A stretch of 64,000 nucleotides of DNA, taken from the NCBI GenBank assembly GCA_902541315.1, contig CACBQF010000002.1:25987-89986 (forward strand), written 5' to 3'. The notes below the pieces were generated by a model. That model did not search any database. It saw only the letters and a list, made by a program, of their open reading frames with translations, and had not been told where the DNA came from. Positions 8,782-18,470 of the stretch are shown here, piece by piece (position 1 is the first letter of the stretch; every line of letters begins with the position of its first letter). Position numbers and translations under genes: made by a program. This stretch comes from an uncultured Pelagibacteraceae bacterium (GTDB taxonomy: Bacteria; Pseudomonadota; Alphaproteobacteria; Pelagibacterales; Pelagibacteraceae).

Positions 8782-9353
8782 AAAAAACTATTTTTTTACT
8801 TTTATTTATTTTTGGGTTTTCTATTAAAGTTAATGCTGAAATTAATCGTATTGTTTCTGGACAAGATGATGCCAAAATAACAATTATTGCTTACGAGTCT
8901 CTGACTTGTAGTTTTTGTGCAGATTTTCATAACAAGATTTATCCATTACTTAAAAAAGAATTTATCGATACTGGTTTGGTAAAAATAGAATTTAGGCACT
9001 TTCCCTTAGATATTATCGCTCTTAATGCATCAAAAATTTCACAGTGCAAACAAGATCAAAGTTTAGAAGTTATGATGAGTTTATATTCTGATCAGCAGGC
9101 TTGGATTAAAGGTAAAACAATAGAGGAAGCTAATGAAAACTTAGAAAAATTTGTTGCAAACAAAAATTTTAATTTAGATTTTGAAAAGTGTATAAGCGAT
9201 AAAAAAATTGAAGATTTCGTTTTAAATGATCGAATCGAAGGCACTAAAAAATTTGAGATAAATTCTACTCCTACGATTATAATTAATGGTAAAAAGTTTG
9301 AAAAAACTCTTAATTATAAAAATTTAAAAAAATCTCTAGAAAAGCTGATATAA
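8778..9353 (+). CDS. DsbA-family thiol-disulfide oxidoreductase
   Basis: Signal peptide, TCSFC, RHFPLD and cis-Pro STPT motif. Confidence 0.88.
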   Translation: MKKTIFLLLFIFGFSIKVNAEINRIVSGQDDAKITIIAYESLTCSFCADFHNKIYPLLKKEFIDTGLVKIEFRHFPLDIIALNASKISQCKQDQSLEVMMSLYSDQQAWIKGKTIEEANENLEKFVANKNFNLDFEKCISDKKIEDFVLNDRIEGTKKFEINSTPTIIINGKKFEKTLNYKNLKKSLEKLI

Positions 9354-9361
9354 GCTAAAAA

Positions 9362-11758
9362 ATGGAGTTTAAAAAAATCCAATTAAATGGGTTTAAATCT
9401 TTTGCTGATAAAACCAATTTCTTAATTGAAGATGGTTTAACTGGTATAGTTGGGCCTAATGGTTGTGGAAAATCAAATATTGTCGAGTCCATTAGATGGG
9501 TTATGGGCGAAACATCCGCAAAAAGTTTACGTGGCTCAGGAATGGAAGATGTAATTTTTTCTGGTACTTCTAATAAACCATCTAAAAATATCGCTGAGGT
9601 TTCTATAACAGTTAAAAATGATACTGGTGAGGGACCTATTCAATATCGAGAAATTAATGAGATTAATGTTAGAAGAAAAATTGAAAAAGATAAAGGATCC
9701 AAATTTTACATCAATGATAAAGAAGTAAGAGCAAGAGACTCTCAAATGTTTTTTGCTGATTTATCCACTGGAGCTCATTCTCCATCGATGATTAGTCAGG
9801 GTAGAATTGGAGCCCTAGTAACCGCTAAACCTACTGATAGAAGAGCAATTCTTGAGGAAGCAGCTGGTATCTCTGGTCTTCATGTAAGACGACATGAAGC
9901 TGAATTAAGATTGGGTGCAGCTGAAAATAATCTAAAGAGAGCAGATGAATTAAGAAGGCAACAAGAAAGACAATTAGCAAATCTTCAAAAACAAGCCGAG
10001 GAAGCTACAAAATATAAAAACATAACAGATGAAATAAAAAAAATTGAAGCTGGTCTTTATTATCTGAAATTAATAGAGATTGATAAAGAGATAAAAATTG
10101 AAAATGAAATAAATATGGAGGCCGAAGTTGAGGTTAGCGGATTTAATGAAAGAATTACAGAAATTGAAAAGTCGATCAAACTAGAAATAGAAAAAGTTAC
10201 TCCATTAAGAGAAAAAAACATTGAAAATTTGTCTAAAATCCAAAGACTGAATTTAGAACTTCAGACTTTGGATAAAGAAAATACTAGAACCCAAGAAGAA
10301 ATTGAGAATATTAAAAAGTCATTAACAACACTTGATGAAGATGTTTCAAGAGAAAAAGGAATTATTATTGATGCTAATTCTAATGAGAAAAGACTCAAAG
10401 AGGAAAAAAGTGACTTAATAGAAGTTGACTCAAAATATTTTGAGACAGAAAAAAAATCAAATGAGGATCTTGATAGTTCAAAAAATAATTTAATTGATGA
10501 AATAAGAAAAATTAAAACTTTAATAAGTTCAAATCAAAGTGATAACGCAATAGATAGTTTGAATGATCTTGAAAAAATTATTGATAAATATGCTGATAGC
10601 TATAGTAAAAATCAAAATATCAAAAAAGAATCTATTAAAAGAAATGAAAGAATCAAAATAATTGAAAACGAAATTGAAAGCTGGAAAAACTTACTTTCAA
10701 ATTCTGAAAAAATGGTAAATGAACTAATCAGTAGAAAAAATAATCTAACCAATCAACTAGAGATGCTTGACAACCAACCAAAAATACAAGCTGAAAAAAA
10801 AGGACAAATTTCTGAAAATTTAAGAAATTCAGAGCAAGAAAAAGATGAAAATGAAAAAATTATAAATGATACGGACGAAAAAATTGACTCACTCAGAACA
10901 AAACTTAATGAAATACAAGAACAATCTATACAAATAAGAGAGAGAAAAGCAAGTTCTGGTGCAACTGTCGAAGGATTAAGAAAAAGAAAAAATGATCTAA
11001 TAGATCGAATTACTTCCGAGCTTAATTTGACTGAGGAAAATATCTTAGAGAATTCAAATTTAAATGGTGTCGAGGAATTACCTGATGCCGTTAATCAAGA
11101 AGATTTATTAGATAAAAAAAAACAAGAGAGAGAGAAATTAGGATCCGTTAATTTAAAAGCAGATGAAGAAACTGATAAATACGAGACTGAAATTAAAAAA
11201 ATGGAGTCCGACCGGGCAGATTTAGTAACAGCAATTGTAAAATTAAAAGACAGCATTAGCGAACTCAACCAAAAGGGTAGAGAGAGATTGGTTGAGGCAT
11301 TTGAAAAAGTTAATAGAAAATTCAATGAAGTCTATACAAAATTATTTAATGGTGGTAACGCTAGACTTGAACTCGTTGACTCAGATGACCCTCTAGAAGC
11401 GGGTTTAGAAATGTTGGTTAGTCCACCAGGAAAAAGACTCCAATCAATAACTCTATTATCAGGCGGAGAACAAGCTTTAACTGCACTATCACTTATTTTC
11501 GCAGTTTTTTTAACTAATCCTTCTCCTATATGTGTGTTAGACGAAGTGGATGCTCCCTTAGATGATGCTAATGTCACAAGATTTTGTAATTTATTAGATG
11601 AACTTATAAAAATAACAAACACAAAGTTTATTATCGTAACACACCACGCATTGACAATGTCAAAAATGAATAGATTATATGGTGTAACTATGCCTGAGAA
11701 AGGAATAAGTCAGCTGGTAGCAGTTGATTTACAAAAAGCAGAGAGTATGGTTGCTTGA
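9362..11758 (+). CDS. smc: Chromosome segregation protein SMC, unusually short and apparently hinge-less
   Basis: GFKSF, Walker A GPNGCGKSN, Q-loop ISQG, LEEAAG, LGSVN, signature LSGGE, Walker B/D-loop LDEVDAPLD and IIVTH; long coiled coils. Confidence 0.93.
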   Translation: MEFKKIQLNGFKSFADKTNFLIEDGLTGIVGPNGCGKSNIVESIRWVMGETSAKSLRGSGMEDVIFSGTSNKPSKNIAEVSITVKNDTGEGPIQYREINEINVRRKIEKDKGSKFYINDKEVRARDSQMFFADLSTGAHSPSMISQGRIGALVTAKPTDRRAILEEAAGISGLHVRRHEAELRLGAAENNLKRADELRRQQERQLANLQKQAEEATKYKNITDEIKKIEAGLYYLKLIEIDKEIKIENEINMEAEVEVSGFNERITEIEKSIKLEIEKVTPLREKNIENLSKIQRLNLELQTLDKENTRTQEEIENIKKSLTTLDEDVSREKGIIIDANSNEKRLKEEKSDLIEVDSKYFETEKKSNEDLDSSKNNLIDEIRKIKTLISSNQSDNAIDSLNDLEKIIDKYADSYSKNQNIKKESIKRNERIKIIENEIESWKNLLSNSEKMVNELISRKNNLTNQLEMLDNQPKIQAEKKGQISENLRNSEQEKDENEKIINDTDEKIDSLRTKLNEIQEQSIQIRERKASSGATVEGLRKRKNDLIDRITSELNLTEENILENSNLNGVEELPDAVNQEDLLDKKKQEREKLGSVNLKADEETDKYETEIKKMESDRADLVTAIVKLKDSISELNQKGRERLVEAFEKVNRKFNEVYTKLFNGGNARLELVDSDDPLEAGLEMLVSPPGKRLQSITLLSGGEQALTALSLIFAVFLTNPSPICVLDEVDAPLDDANVTRFCNLLDELIKITNTKFIIVTHHALTMSKMNRLYGVTMPEKGISQLVAVDLQKAESMVA

Positions 11759-11771
11759 TTAAAATAACCAA

Positions 11772-12047
11772 ATGTCTAAAAATCAGTTCAAAACTCGCTT
11801 AGAAATTGCAAAAAAAAAGCTCTCAAAGAAAGTCGGTGAAAATAAAAAGCAAAATTCTTCCCCTATTGGCTCAGCTTTTAAGCTAAGTACAGAACTAGTA
11901 TCTGCGGTCGCCGTCGGGACAATTATTGGGTTTATTTTAGACAATACCTTTGGTACTAAACCATGGTTAATTTTAATTTTTTTTTTTGTAGGTGTAATCG
12001 CAGGTATTACGAATGTGATTAGATCTGCCAAAAATATGCAAAAATAG
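11772..12047 (+). CDS. atpI: ATP synthase protein I (AtpZ/AtpI family)
   Basis: Two TM helices with LD..FGTKPW; first gene of the F0 operon. Confidence 0.88.
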   Translation: MSKNQFKTRLEIAKKKLSKKVGENKKQNSSPIGSAFKLSTELVSAVAVGTIIGFILDNTFGTKPWLILIFFFVGVIAGITNVIRSAKNMQK

Positions 12048-12058
12048 ATATAAGATTT

Positions 12059-12793
12059 ATGGCAGCAAACCCAATGACTCAGTTCGAAGTTTACAGAATT
12101 GGGCCAGAAATAAAAATTGGAGCTTTTGATATCTCATTTACAAATGCAAGTTTGTTTATGGTGGTCAGTTCTCTTGCAATTCTCTTGATCTTTAATTTAG
12201 GGGCTAAAAAAAATTCTATGCTACCTAATAAGATTCAACTATTAGCAGAATTAAGTTACACATTCGTATCTAAAATGATAAGCGATACAGCAGGATCTAA
12301 GGCAAAACCTTATTTTGCATTTATATTTTCATTATTTATGTTTGTTCTTTTTTGTAACATGTTTGGAATGATACCTTATACCTTCACAGTCACTAGTCAT
12401 ATAATAGTAACTTTTGTTTTAGCTGCATTCATATTCATCGGTGTGACAATTATTGGTTTTATAAAACATGGATTTGGTTATTTAAAACTTTTTGTACCAA
12501 GCGGAGTTCCTGTTGTTTTACTGCCTTTAATAGTTATTATAGAGATAATCTCATATTTAAGTAGACCTATTAGTTTATCGGTAAGACTTTTTGCTAACAT
12601 GATGGCAGGTCACACAATGATGAAAGTTTTCGGGGGCTTTGTTATAAGCCTTGGGATAGTTGGAGGATGGCTTCCTTTAACATTTTCTGTTGCATTAACT
12701 GGTTTGGAGATCTTAGTTGCTTTTCTTCAAGCTTATGTTTTTGCAATTTTAACATGCATTTATTTAAATGATGCATTAAATCTACACCATTAA
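12059..12793 (+). CDS. atpB: ATP synthase F0 subunit a
   Basis: RPISLSVRLFANMMAGH and LQAYVF motifs. Confidence 0.97.
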   Translation: MAANPMTQFEVYRIGPEIKIGAFDISFTNASLFMVVSSLAILLIFNLGAKKNSMLPNKIQLLAELSYTFVSKMISDTAGSKAKPYFAFIFSLFMFVLFCNMFGMIPYTFTVTSHIIVTFVLAAFIFIGVTIIGFIKHGFGYLKLFVPSGVPVVLLPLIVIIEIISYLSRPISLSVRLFANMMAGHTMMKVFGGFVISLGIVGGWLPLTFSVALTGLEILVAFLQAYVFAILTCIYLNDALNLHH

Positions 12794-12811
12794 CTAACAA
12801 AGGAGGATATA

Positions 12812-13039
12812 ATGGAATTAGAAGCAGCAAAAATGATCGGAGCAGGTTTAGCGGCAATCGCTTTAGCTGGTGCTGGTGTCGGAATTGGGATAATTTTTGG
12901 GAATTATCTTTCTGGTGCAATGAGAAACCCTTCTGCAGCACAAAAACAATTTCCTAATTTGCTTTTAGGATTTGCTCTCGCAGAAGCAACTGGGTTGTTT
13001 GGTTTGGTGGTTGCATTAATCATTCTATTTGCGTTTTAA
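12812..13039 (+). CDS. atpE: ATP synthase F0 subunit c
   Basis: GAGVGIG, RNP and ALAEA proton-binding Glu; strong SD AAGGAGG upstream. Confidence 0.98.
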   Translation: MELEAAKMIGAGLAAIALAGAGVGIGIIFGNYLSGAMRNPSAAQKQFPNLLLGFALAEATGLFGLVVALIILFAF

Positions 13040-13044
13040 ATTTG

Positions 13045-13635
13045 ATGGTTAGAAAATATTTTTTTCAGTTAATATTTTTATACCTCTTTTTTTCAAAAGA
13101 GGTTTTTGCAGCTGAAAGTGGAGGTATGCCTCAATTAGATCCTGAATTTTGGGTTTCTCAAATTTTTTGGCTTACATTAGTTTTTGGTACTTTGTATATT
13201 GTTTTATCTAAGCTTATACTACCAAAAATTAGTGCAAACTTAGAATTGAGGAAATCACAAATACAAGAAAACATTGAGGCTGCGGATAAGCAAAGGAAAG
13301 ATAGTGAATTAAAGCTCAAAGAATATGATGATATAATTTTAAAAAGTAAACTTGAGTCAAAAAATCTTTTTAATGAGACTAGAGAAAAAACGCTTAAAAA
13401 TATTAATATTAAAAGAGATACTTTAGAAAAACAAATTGATGAAGAAATTAAGAAAGCTGAAACTGAGATTGACCAGCTTAAGAAAAGTGCTCCTGAAAAA
13501 ATAAATAAGATCGCAATTGAAACATCTTCAGAGATACTTAAAAATTTGATAGGAACTGAAATTAATAACAGCAGTATTTCAGCTATAGTTGATGATTTAT
13601 ACAGGAAAAATGGAGGCAAATACTATGGTAATTGA
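13045..13635 (+). CDS. ATP synthase F0 subunit b'
   Basis: GGMPQLD...SQIFWL, TM helix then coiled coil; ATG at 13045. Confidence 0.9.
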   Translation: MVRKYFFQLIFLYLFFSKEVFAAESGGMPQLDPEFWVSQIFWLTLVFGTLYIVLSKLILPKISANLELRKSQIQENIEAADKQRKDSELKLKEYDDIILKSKLESKNLFNETREKTLKNINIKRDTLEKQIDEEIKKAETEIDQLKKSAPEKINKIAIETSSEILKNLIGTEINNSSISAIVDDLYRKNGGKYYGN

Positions 13636-14122
13636 TTCAACATTCTGGGTGGCTGTTTCCTTTTTCATCTTTTTTGGTGCACTGGTTTATTTAAAGGTGC
13701 CACAAAAAGTAAATGAAATTCTTAACAAGATGATTACTGATATAAAAAACGAGATTGATGAAAGCGAAAAGCTTAGAAAGGAAGCAAAAAATTTATTAAT
13801 TAATGCTCAAAATAAACTTAATACTGCACAATCCGTAAAAAATGAAATTTTGGAGCAAGCTAAAAAAGATAGTGATAAATTGGTCATAGAACTGAATGAC
13901 AAATTCCATAAATCTTCAGAAATAAAAAAAGCGTCTGCTGAAAACAAAATAGTTCAAATGAAAGAAGCAGCGATTAAAGAAATAAAGGATGCATCAGTAA
14001 AAATCGCAGTAGACTCTGTTAAAAAAATTATTACCACATCCGTTGATAAGTCTAAACTAGATAACTTGTTTCAAAAGAATTTAGAAGAGACTAAAGAAGA
14101 GTTAAAAAAAATTAATTCATAA
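13625..14122 (+). CDS. atpF: ATP synthase F0 subunit b
   Basis: DSTFWVAVSF TM plus coiled coil; ATG at 13625 preceded by GGAGG. Confidence 0.9.
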   Translation: MVIDSTFWVAVSFFIFFGALVYLKVPQKVNEILNKMITDIKNEIDESEKLRKEAKNLLINAQNKLNTAQSVKNEILEQAKKDSDKLVIELNDKFHKSSEIKKASAENKIVQMKEAAIKEIKDASVKIAVDSVKKIITTSVDKSKLDNLFQKNLEETKEELKKINS

Positions 14123-14127
14123 TTTTC

Positions 14128-14156
14128 TTACAATTTTTTTAAAAAAACTATAGATT
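14128..14156 (+). promoter_or_regulatory. Putative sigma70 promoter giving a leaderless crtI mRNA
   Basis: TTACAA-17 nt-TAGATT, then 6 nt to the ATG at 14163; no SD. Confidence 0.45.
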
Positions 14157-14162
14157 ATTAAC

Positions 14163-15623
14163 ATGAATTCTATTGTGGTAGGCTCAGGTTTTGGCGGTAT
14201 TGCTGCAGCTTTAAGATTAAAAGCTAAGGGTCATCAAGTAACATTAGTTGAAAAACATCCTGATCTTGGCGGTAGAGCAAGAGTTTTTAAAAAAAATGGT
14301 TTCACTTACGATGGTGGACCCACTGTTATTACCGCACCCTATTTAATTGATGAATTATTCAAATTATTTAAAAAGGACTCAAAAAATTACATAGAACTTT
14401 CCCCCCTTAAAATTTGGTATCAATTTATTTTTGAAGATAACTCAAAATTTAATTACTCAGGTGATGAAACTGAAATGAAGAAACAAATTGCAGAAATTAG
14501 TGAAGATGATGTTGAAGGATATGAAAAATTAGTAAGTTTTACAAAAAAAATTTTTGACAAGGGTTTTTTAGAACTTGCGGATGTTCCTTTTGATAAACCT
14601 TTTTTTATGATGCGGCAACTTCCTTCACTTCTAAAACTTAAAAGTTATAAATCAGTTTATTCATTAGTCTCATCTTTTATAAAAAATGAAAAACTAAGAA
14701 GAATGCTAAGCATGCATCCTCTTTTAGTAGGAGGAAATCCTTTTACAACTACTTCTATTTATGGGCTAATTTTATATTTAGAAAAAAAATGGGGAATTCA
14801 TTACTCAATGGGTGGGACAGGTAATATTATTAAAGGTTTTGAGAAACTTATGAACGAAGTTGATATTAAAATCATAAAGGGCCACGAAGTAGAAAAAATT
14901 ATTTCAAATGGAAATAAAATAACTGGTGTCAGACTTGATAATAATACTAATATTTTAGCTGATAATGTTATTTGTAATGCCGACCCACCTGCAGTTTATG
15001 AAAAGTTACTTAATGGAAACTCAAAAAATTCAATGATGTTCAAATGGAAAAGAGAGAGGATGGAATACTCTATGGGATTATTTGTTTATTATTTTGGAAC
15101 AAAAAAAAGTTACCAAAACGTAGAACATCACACAATAAAATTTGGAAATAAGTATAAAGAACATCTCGATGACATATTTGAGAATAAAAAATTAAATGAT
15201 GATATAAGTTATTATCTTCATAGACCCTCTGCTACTGATAAAACTATGGCTCCTGCTGGACAGGATTGTTTTTATGTTCTTGTTCCAGTTCCCAATAATC
15301 AATCTAAAATTAATTGGTCTATTCAGGGAGAAAAGATGAAAAATTTGGTAATTGAAAAAATGGAAAAGGATCTTATGCCAAACTTAAGTGAAAATATTGT
15401 TGAGGATTTTTATTTGACACCAGACTATTTTGAAAAAGATTTAAACACAAAGTATGGATCTGGCTTTTCAATTCAACCAAAATTTACACAATCTGCTTAT
15501 TTTAGATTTCATAATAAATCTGAAATATACGATGGACTTTATTTTGTTGGAGCTGGAACACATCCGGGGGCTGGTGTGCCCGGCGTACTATCCTCAGCGA
15601 AAGTGTTAGATAAAATTTTATAA
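14163..15623 (+). CDS. crtI: Phytoene desaturase
   Basis: GSGFGG, DGGPTVIT and LYFVGAGTHPGAGVPGVLSSA motifs. Confidence 0.95.
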   Translation: MNSIVVGSGFGGIAAALRLKAKGHQVTLVEKHPDLGGRARVFKKNGFTYDGGPTVITAPYLIDELFKLFKKDSKNYIELSPLKIWYQFIFEDNSKFNYSGDETEMKKQIAEISEDDVEGYEKLVSFTKKIFDKGFLELADVPFDKPFFMMRQLPSLLKLKSYKSVYSLVSSFIKNEKLRRMLSMHPLLVGGNPFTTTSIYGLILYLEKKWGIHYSMGGTGNIIKGFEKLMNEVDIKIIKGHEVEKIISNGNKITGVRLDNNTNILADNVICNADPPAVYEKLLNGNSKNSMMFKWKRERMEYSMGLFVYYFGTKKSYQNVEHHTIKFGNKYKEHLDDIFENKKLNDDISYYLHRPSATDKTMAPAGQDCFYVLVPVPNNQSKINWSIQGEKMKNLVIEKMEKDLMPNLSENIVEDFYLTPDYFEKDLNTKYGSGFSIQPKFTQSAYFRFHNKSEIYDGLYFVGAGTHPGAGVPGVLSSAKVLDKIL

Positions 15624-16474
15624 TGTCTGATAAGAGTTATTTATCTGTTTATGCTAAGTCATTTAGCTGGGCCAGTTTTTTTTTACCAAGGAAAACACTT
15701 AAAAAATGTTCTGTATTATACGATTTTTGCAGAGTTGCAGACAATATTGCAGACGATAAAGACGAGATAGAGGTCAAAGAAAAAAAATTTGCTGAATTTG
15801 AAAATGACTTTAATCAAAAAAAATTTGATAACCTTATTATAAAAAATATGTGGGGTATCATGGAGGAATTTAATATATCCATAAAAATAGTTCAAGATTT
15901 GTTGGCTGGTATTAAATCAGATATCAAAGAAAAAGTTGAAATAAATTCAAAAAAAGAATTATTAATTTATTCATATAGAGTAGCTGGGACTGTAGGCTTA
16001 ATGATGGCAAAAATTTTAAATGTAACAAAAAAAAATTCTCTTAAGTCAGCTATTGATTTAGGAATAGCAATGCAATTAACAAATATATCTAGAGATGTCA
16101 TAGAAGACTCAAAAAATAATAGATTTTATATCGAGGAAAATTTTGAAACGATCTCCTCAACTGTTAATCTTGCGAACCGTTATTATCAAGATTCTTTTTA
16201 TGCAATAAAAAGCATACCAATAAGTTTCCGTTTTTCTATATTGGTTGCTAGAAGAGTGTATAGAAAAATAGGATATAAAATTTTAAAAAAAAAGAACTTG
16301 GAGGACTACCAAAGATCAGGGAAGATTTATGTCTCAAACATTGAAAAAGTATTGGAAACTTTTCTGTCAATTTTTGACTTAATCAGTTTATATTTAATTA
16401 ATAAAAACGAAGATCAAATTCAACATAATCACATTCTGATAAATGAGGAAATAAATTTAAATGAAAGAATTTAA
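15623..16474 (+). CDS. crtB: Phytoene synthase
   Basis: YDFCRVADNIAD, YRVAGTVG and MQLTNISRDVIED motifs. Confidence 0.94.
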   Translation: MSDKSYLSVYAKSFSWASFFLPRKTLKKCSVLYDFCRVADNIADDKDEIEVKEKKFAEFENDFNQKKFDNLIIKNMWGIMEEFNISIKIVQDLLAGIKSDIKEKVEINSKKELLIYSYRVAGTVGLMMAKILNVTKKNSLKSAIDLGIAMQLTNISRDVIEDSKNNRFYIEENFETISSTVNLANRYYQDSFYAIKSIPISFRFSILVARRVYRKIGYKILKKKNLEDYQRSGKIYVSNIEKVLETFLSIFDLISLYLINKNEDQIQHNHILINEEINLNERI

Positions 16475-17528
16475 TTATGTAATTATCGGTGGTGGTTGTG
16501 CAGGATTATCTCTTGCTTACGAGTTAGAAATTCATGAAAAATTAAAAGATAAAACTTTAGCAATTATTGAACCTAGGAAGGAATATAAACGAGATAAGAC
16601 TTGGTCTTTTTGGAAAGTAGCACCTCATAACTTTGACGATTGTGTAAAAAAAAATTGGGAGAATTTTTCAATTAATATCCCAGGTAAAACAAATTATTTA
16701 GAATGTAAAAATTTTCCCTATCAAAGCATTGATAGTGGTTTATTTTACGAAAAAATTAAGAATAAACTAAAAAAAAACGAAAATATTTTCTTTTTTAAAA
16801 ATATAGAAGAGATTAACAAACAAAATTCTTTAGTTTTTAATAGTGTGCCAAATATCAAAAAAAACCATCTAAATCTTTGGCAACATTTTTGTGGTGTAGA
16901 AATAAAAACAGACAATGATATTTTCGACGAAAAAATTTTTAACCTCATGGATTTTGATTGTGAACAAAGAGAAAGCGTGCATTTTTTTTATACATTACCG
17001 TACACAAAAAATAGAGCTTTAGTAGAAACAACTTGGTTATCAAAAATGAATGACAATTCACAAAAAGATTATGAAAATCAAATCAACAATTATATTAAAA
17101 ATAATTTAAAAATTAAAAATTATGAAATTACTTATAAAGAAGAGGGAGCAATACCCCTGTTTTATCCATTAAATAAAAACGAAAAAAATAAGATTAATAT
17201 TGGAACAGCTGGTGGAATGACAAGATTAAGCACTGGATATACTTTTTTAAATATACAAGAACACAGCAAGTATATTAGAGAGAATATTGATAATATTTCA
17301 AATGCTAAAAAGTTTGAAATAGATAGAAAATACCAATTTTTGGATGAAATTTTTCTACGCGTTCTTGAAAAAAATCCTGAAAAAATGTCTGATATATTTT
17401 TTAGGATGTTTAAGACTTCACCAAAGACTGTTATAAAATTTCTATCAAATAAAAGTGATTTTTTAGAAGATTTAAGAATAATTTTTAAAATGCCAAAATT
17501 GATATTTATTAAAGCTTTATTTGACTAA
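16461..17528 (+). CDS. crtY: Lycopene beta-cyclase
   Basis: GGGCAGLSLA, TWSFW, LMDF, FFYTLP, EEGAIP and GTAGG..STGY; position in the retinal operon. Confidence 0.88.
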   Translation: MKEFNYVIIGGGCAGLSLAYELEIHEKLKDKTLAIIEPRKEYKRDKTWSFWKVAPHNFDDCVKKNWENFSINIPGKTNYLECKNFPYQSIDSGLFYEKIKNKLKKNENIFFFKNIEEINKQNSLVFNSVPNIKKNHLNLWQHFCGVEIKTDNDIFDEKIFNLMDFDCEQRESVHFFYTLPYTKNRALVETTWLSKMNDNSQKDYENQINNYIKNNLKIKNYEITYKEEGAIPLFYPLNKNEKNKINIGTAGGMTRLSTGYTFLNIQEHSKYIRENIDNISNAKKFEIDRKYQFLDEIFLRVLEKNPEKMSDIFFRMFKTSPKTVIKFLSNKSDFLEDLRIIFKMPKLIFIKALFD

Positions 17529-17534
17529 TTGATA

Positions 17535-18470
17535 ATGACTATACACATCAAGAAAATTAACTTTAAACATTCTTTTATTTTTTTTTTATTTTGTAATATT
17601 GTTTCCCTGCCGTTTTTAAAAGCTTACAATCTAAGTATTTCTCCATTGGTTTGTTTATTATTAATTTTAATAATTGGTGTATCACATGGTTCTTTGGATC
17701 ATATAAAGGGGAGGAAACTTCTTAAAATTTTCCAAATAAATAATATAATCACTTTTTATACATCCTATTTTCTACTTGCGGTAACAATTATAATTCTATG
17801 GGTACTTTTACCAACAGTAGTGCTTATTGCTTTTTTAATTATTGCTTCATTTCATTTTGGAAAAGAGGATACTCAATTTCTAATTGATGATAATTCATAT
17901 TTAAATCAATTTTTATTTTTTTTTAAAGGGTCTTTAGTAATATTGGCACCACTGTATTTTAATTTTAATGATACAGTTTCTATTTTCAAATTACTATTAA
18001 TCGAAAATGAGTCATTTTATCAAAGTTTAAATGTGATTGAAAATAATAATTTTTTGATATTTGGGATTATGTTAAGTACGCTGTCTAATATTTTTTTATT
18101 TTTCAAAGAATTTGAGTTAAGAAAATTTACTATTTTTTTTGATTATTTCTCGATAATAATCATAAATATGCATTTCTCTCCATTAATAGCTTTTACAATT
18201 TATTTTTGTTTTTTACATTCTATAAGACATAGTATTTCATTAATCACTGAACTTGATCAAAAAAGTTTGAGGAATGGACTTTTAGTTTTTATTAAAAAAG
18301 CTACTCCTTTAACTATCTTAACTGCTATTTTTTGTTTAATAGGTCTTTATTTTTTAAACAATAATTACAATTTAGACAGTGCAATTTTGAAATTAATATT
18401 TATAGGTTTGGCGTCTTTAACTTTTCCGCATATATTGCTCGAATATTTAATTGAAAAAAATGAAAAATAA
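17535..18470 (+). CDS. blh: Beta-carotene 15,15'-dioxygenase (Brp/Blh)
   Basis: GVSHGSLDH, FHFGKED, HSIRH and LTFPH histidine motifs in a multi-TM protein. Confidence 0.93.
   Translation: MTIHIKKINFKHSFIFFLFCNIVSLPFLKAYNLSISPLVCLLLILIIGVSHGSLDHIKGRKLLKIFQINNIITFYTSYFLLAVTIIILWVLLPTVVLIAFLIIASFHFGKEDTQFLIDDNSYLNQFLFFFKGSLVILAPLYFNFNDTVSIFKLLLIENESFYQSLNVIENNNFLIFGIMLSTLSNIFLFFKEFELRKFTIFFDYFSIIIINMHFSPLIAFTIYFCFLHSIRHSISLITELDQKSLRNGLLVFIKKATPLTILTAIFCLIGLYFLNNNYNLDSAILKLIFIGLASLTFPHILLEYLIEKNEK

Noticed and set aside
9536-13619. Several antisense ORFs over smc and the atp genes
   Set aside because: Shadow frames of well-conserved genes with no recognisable motifs.
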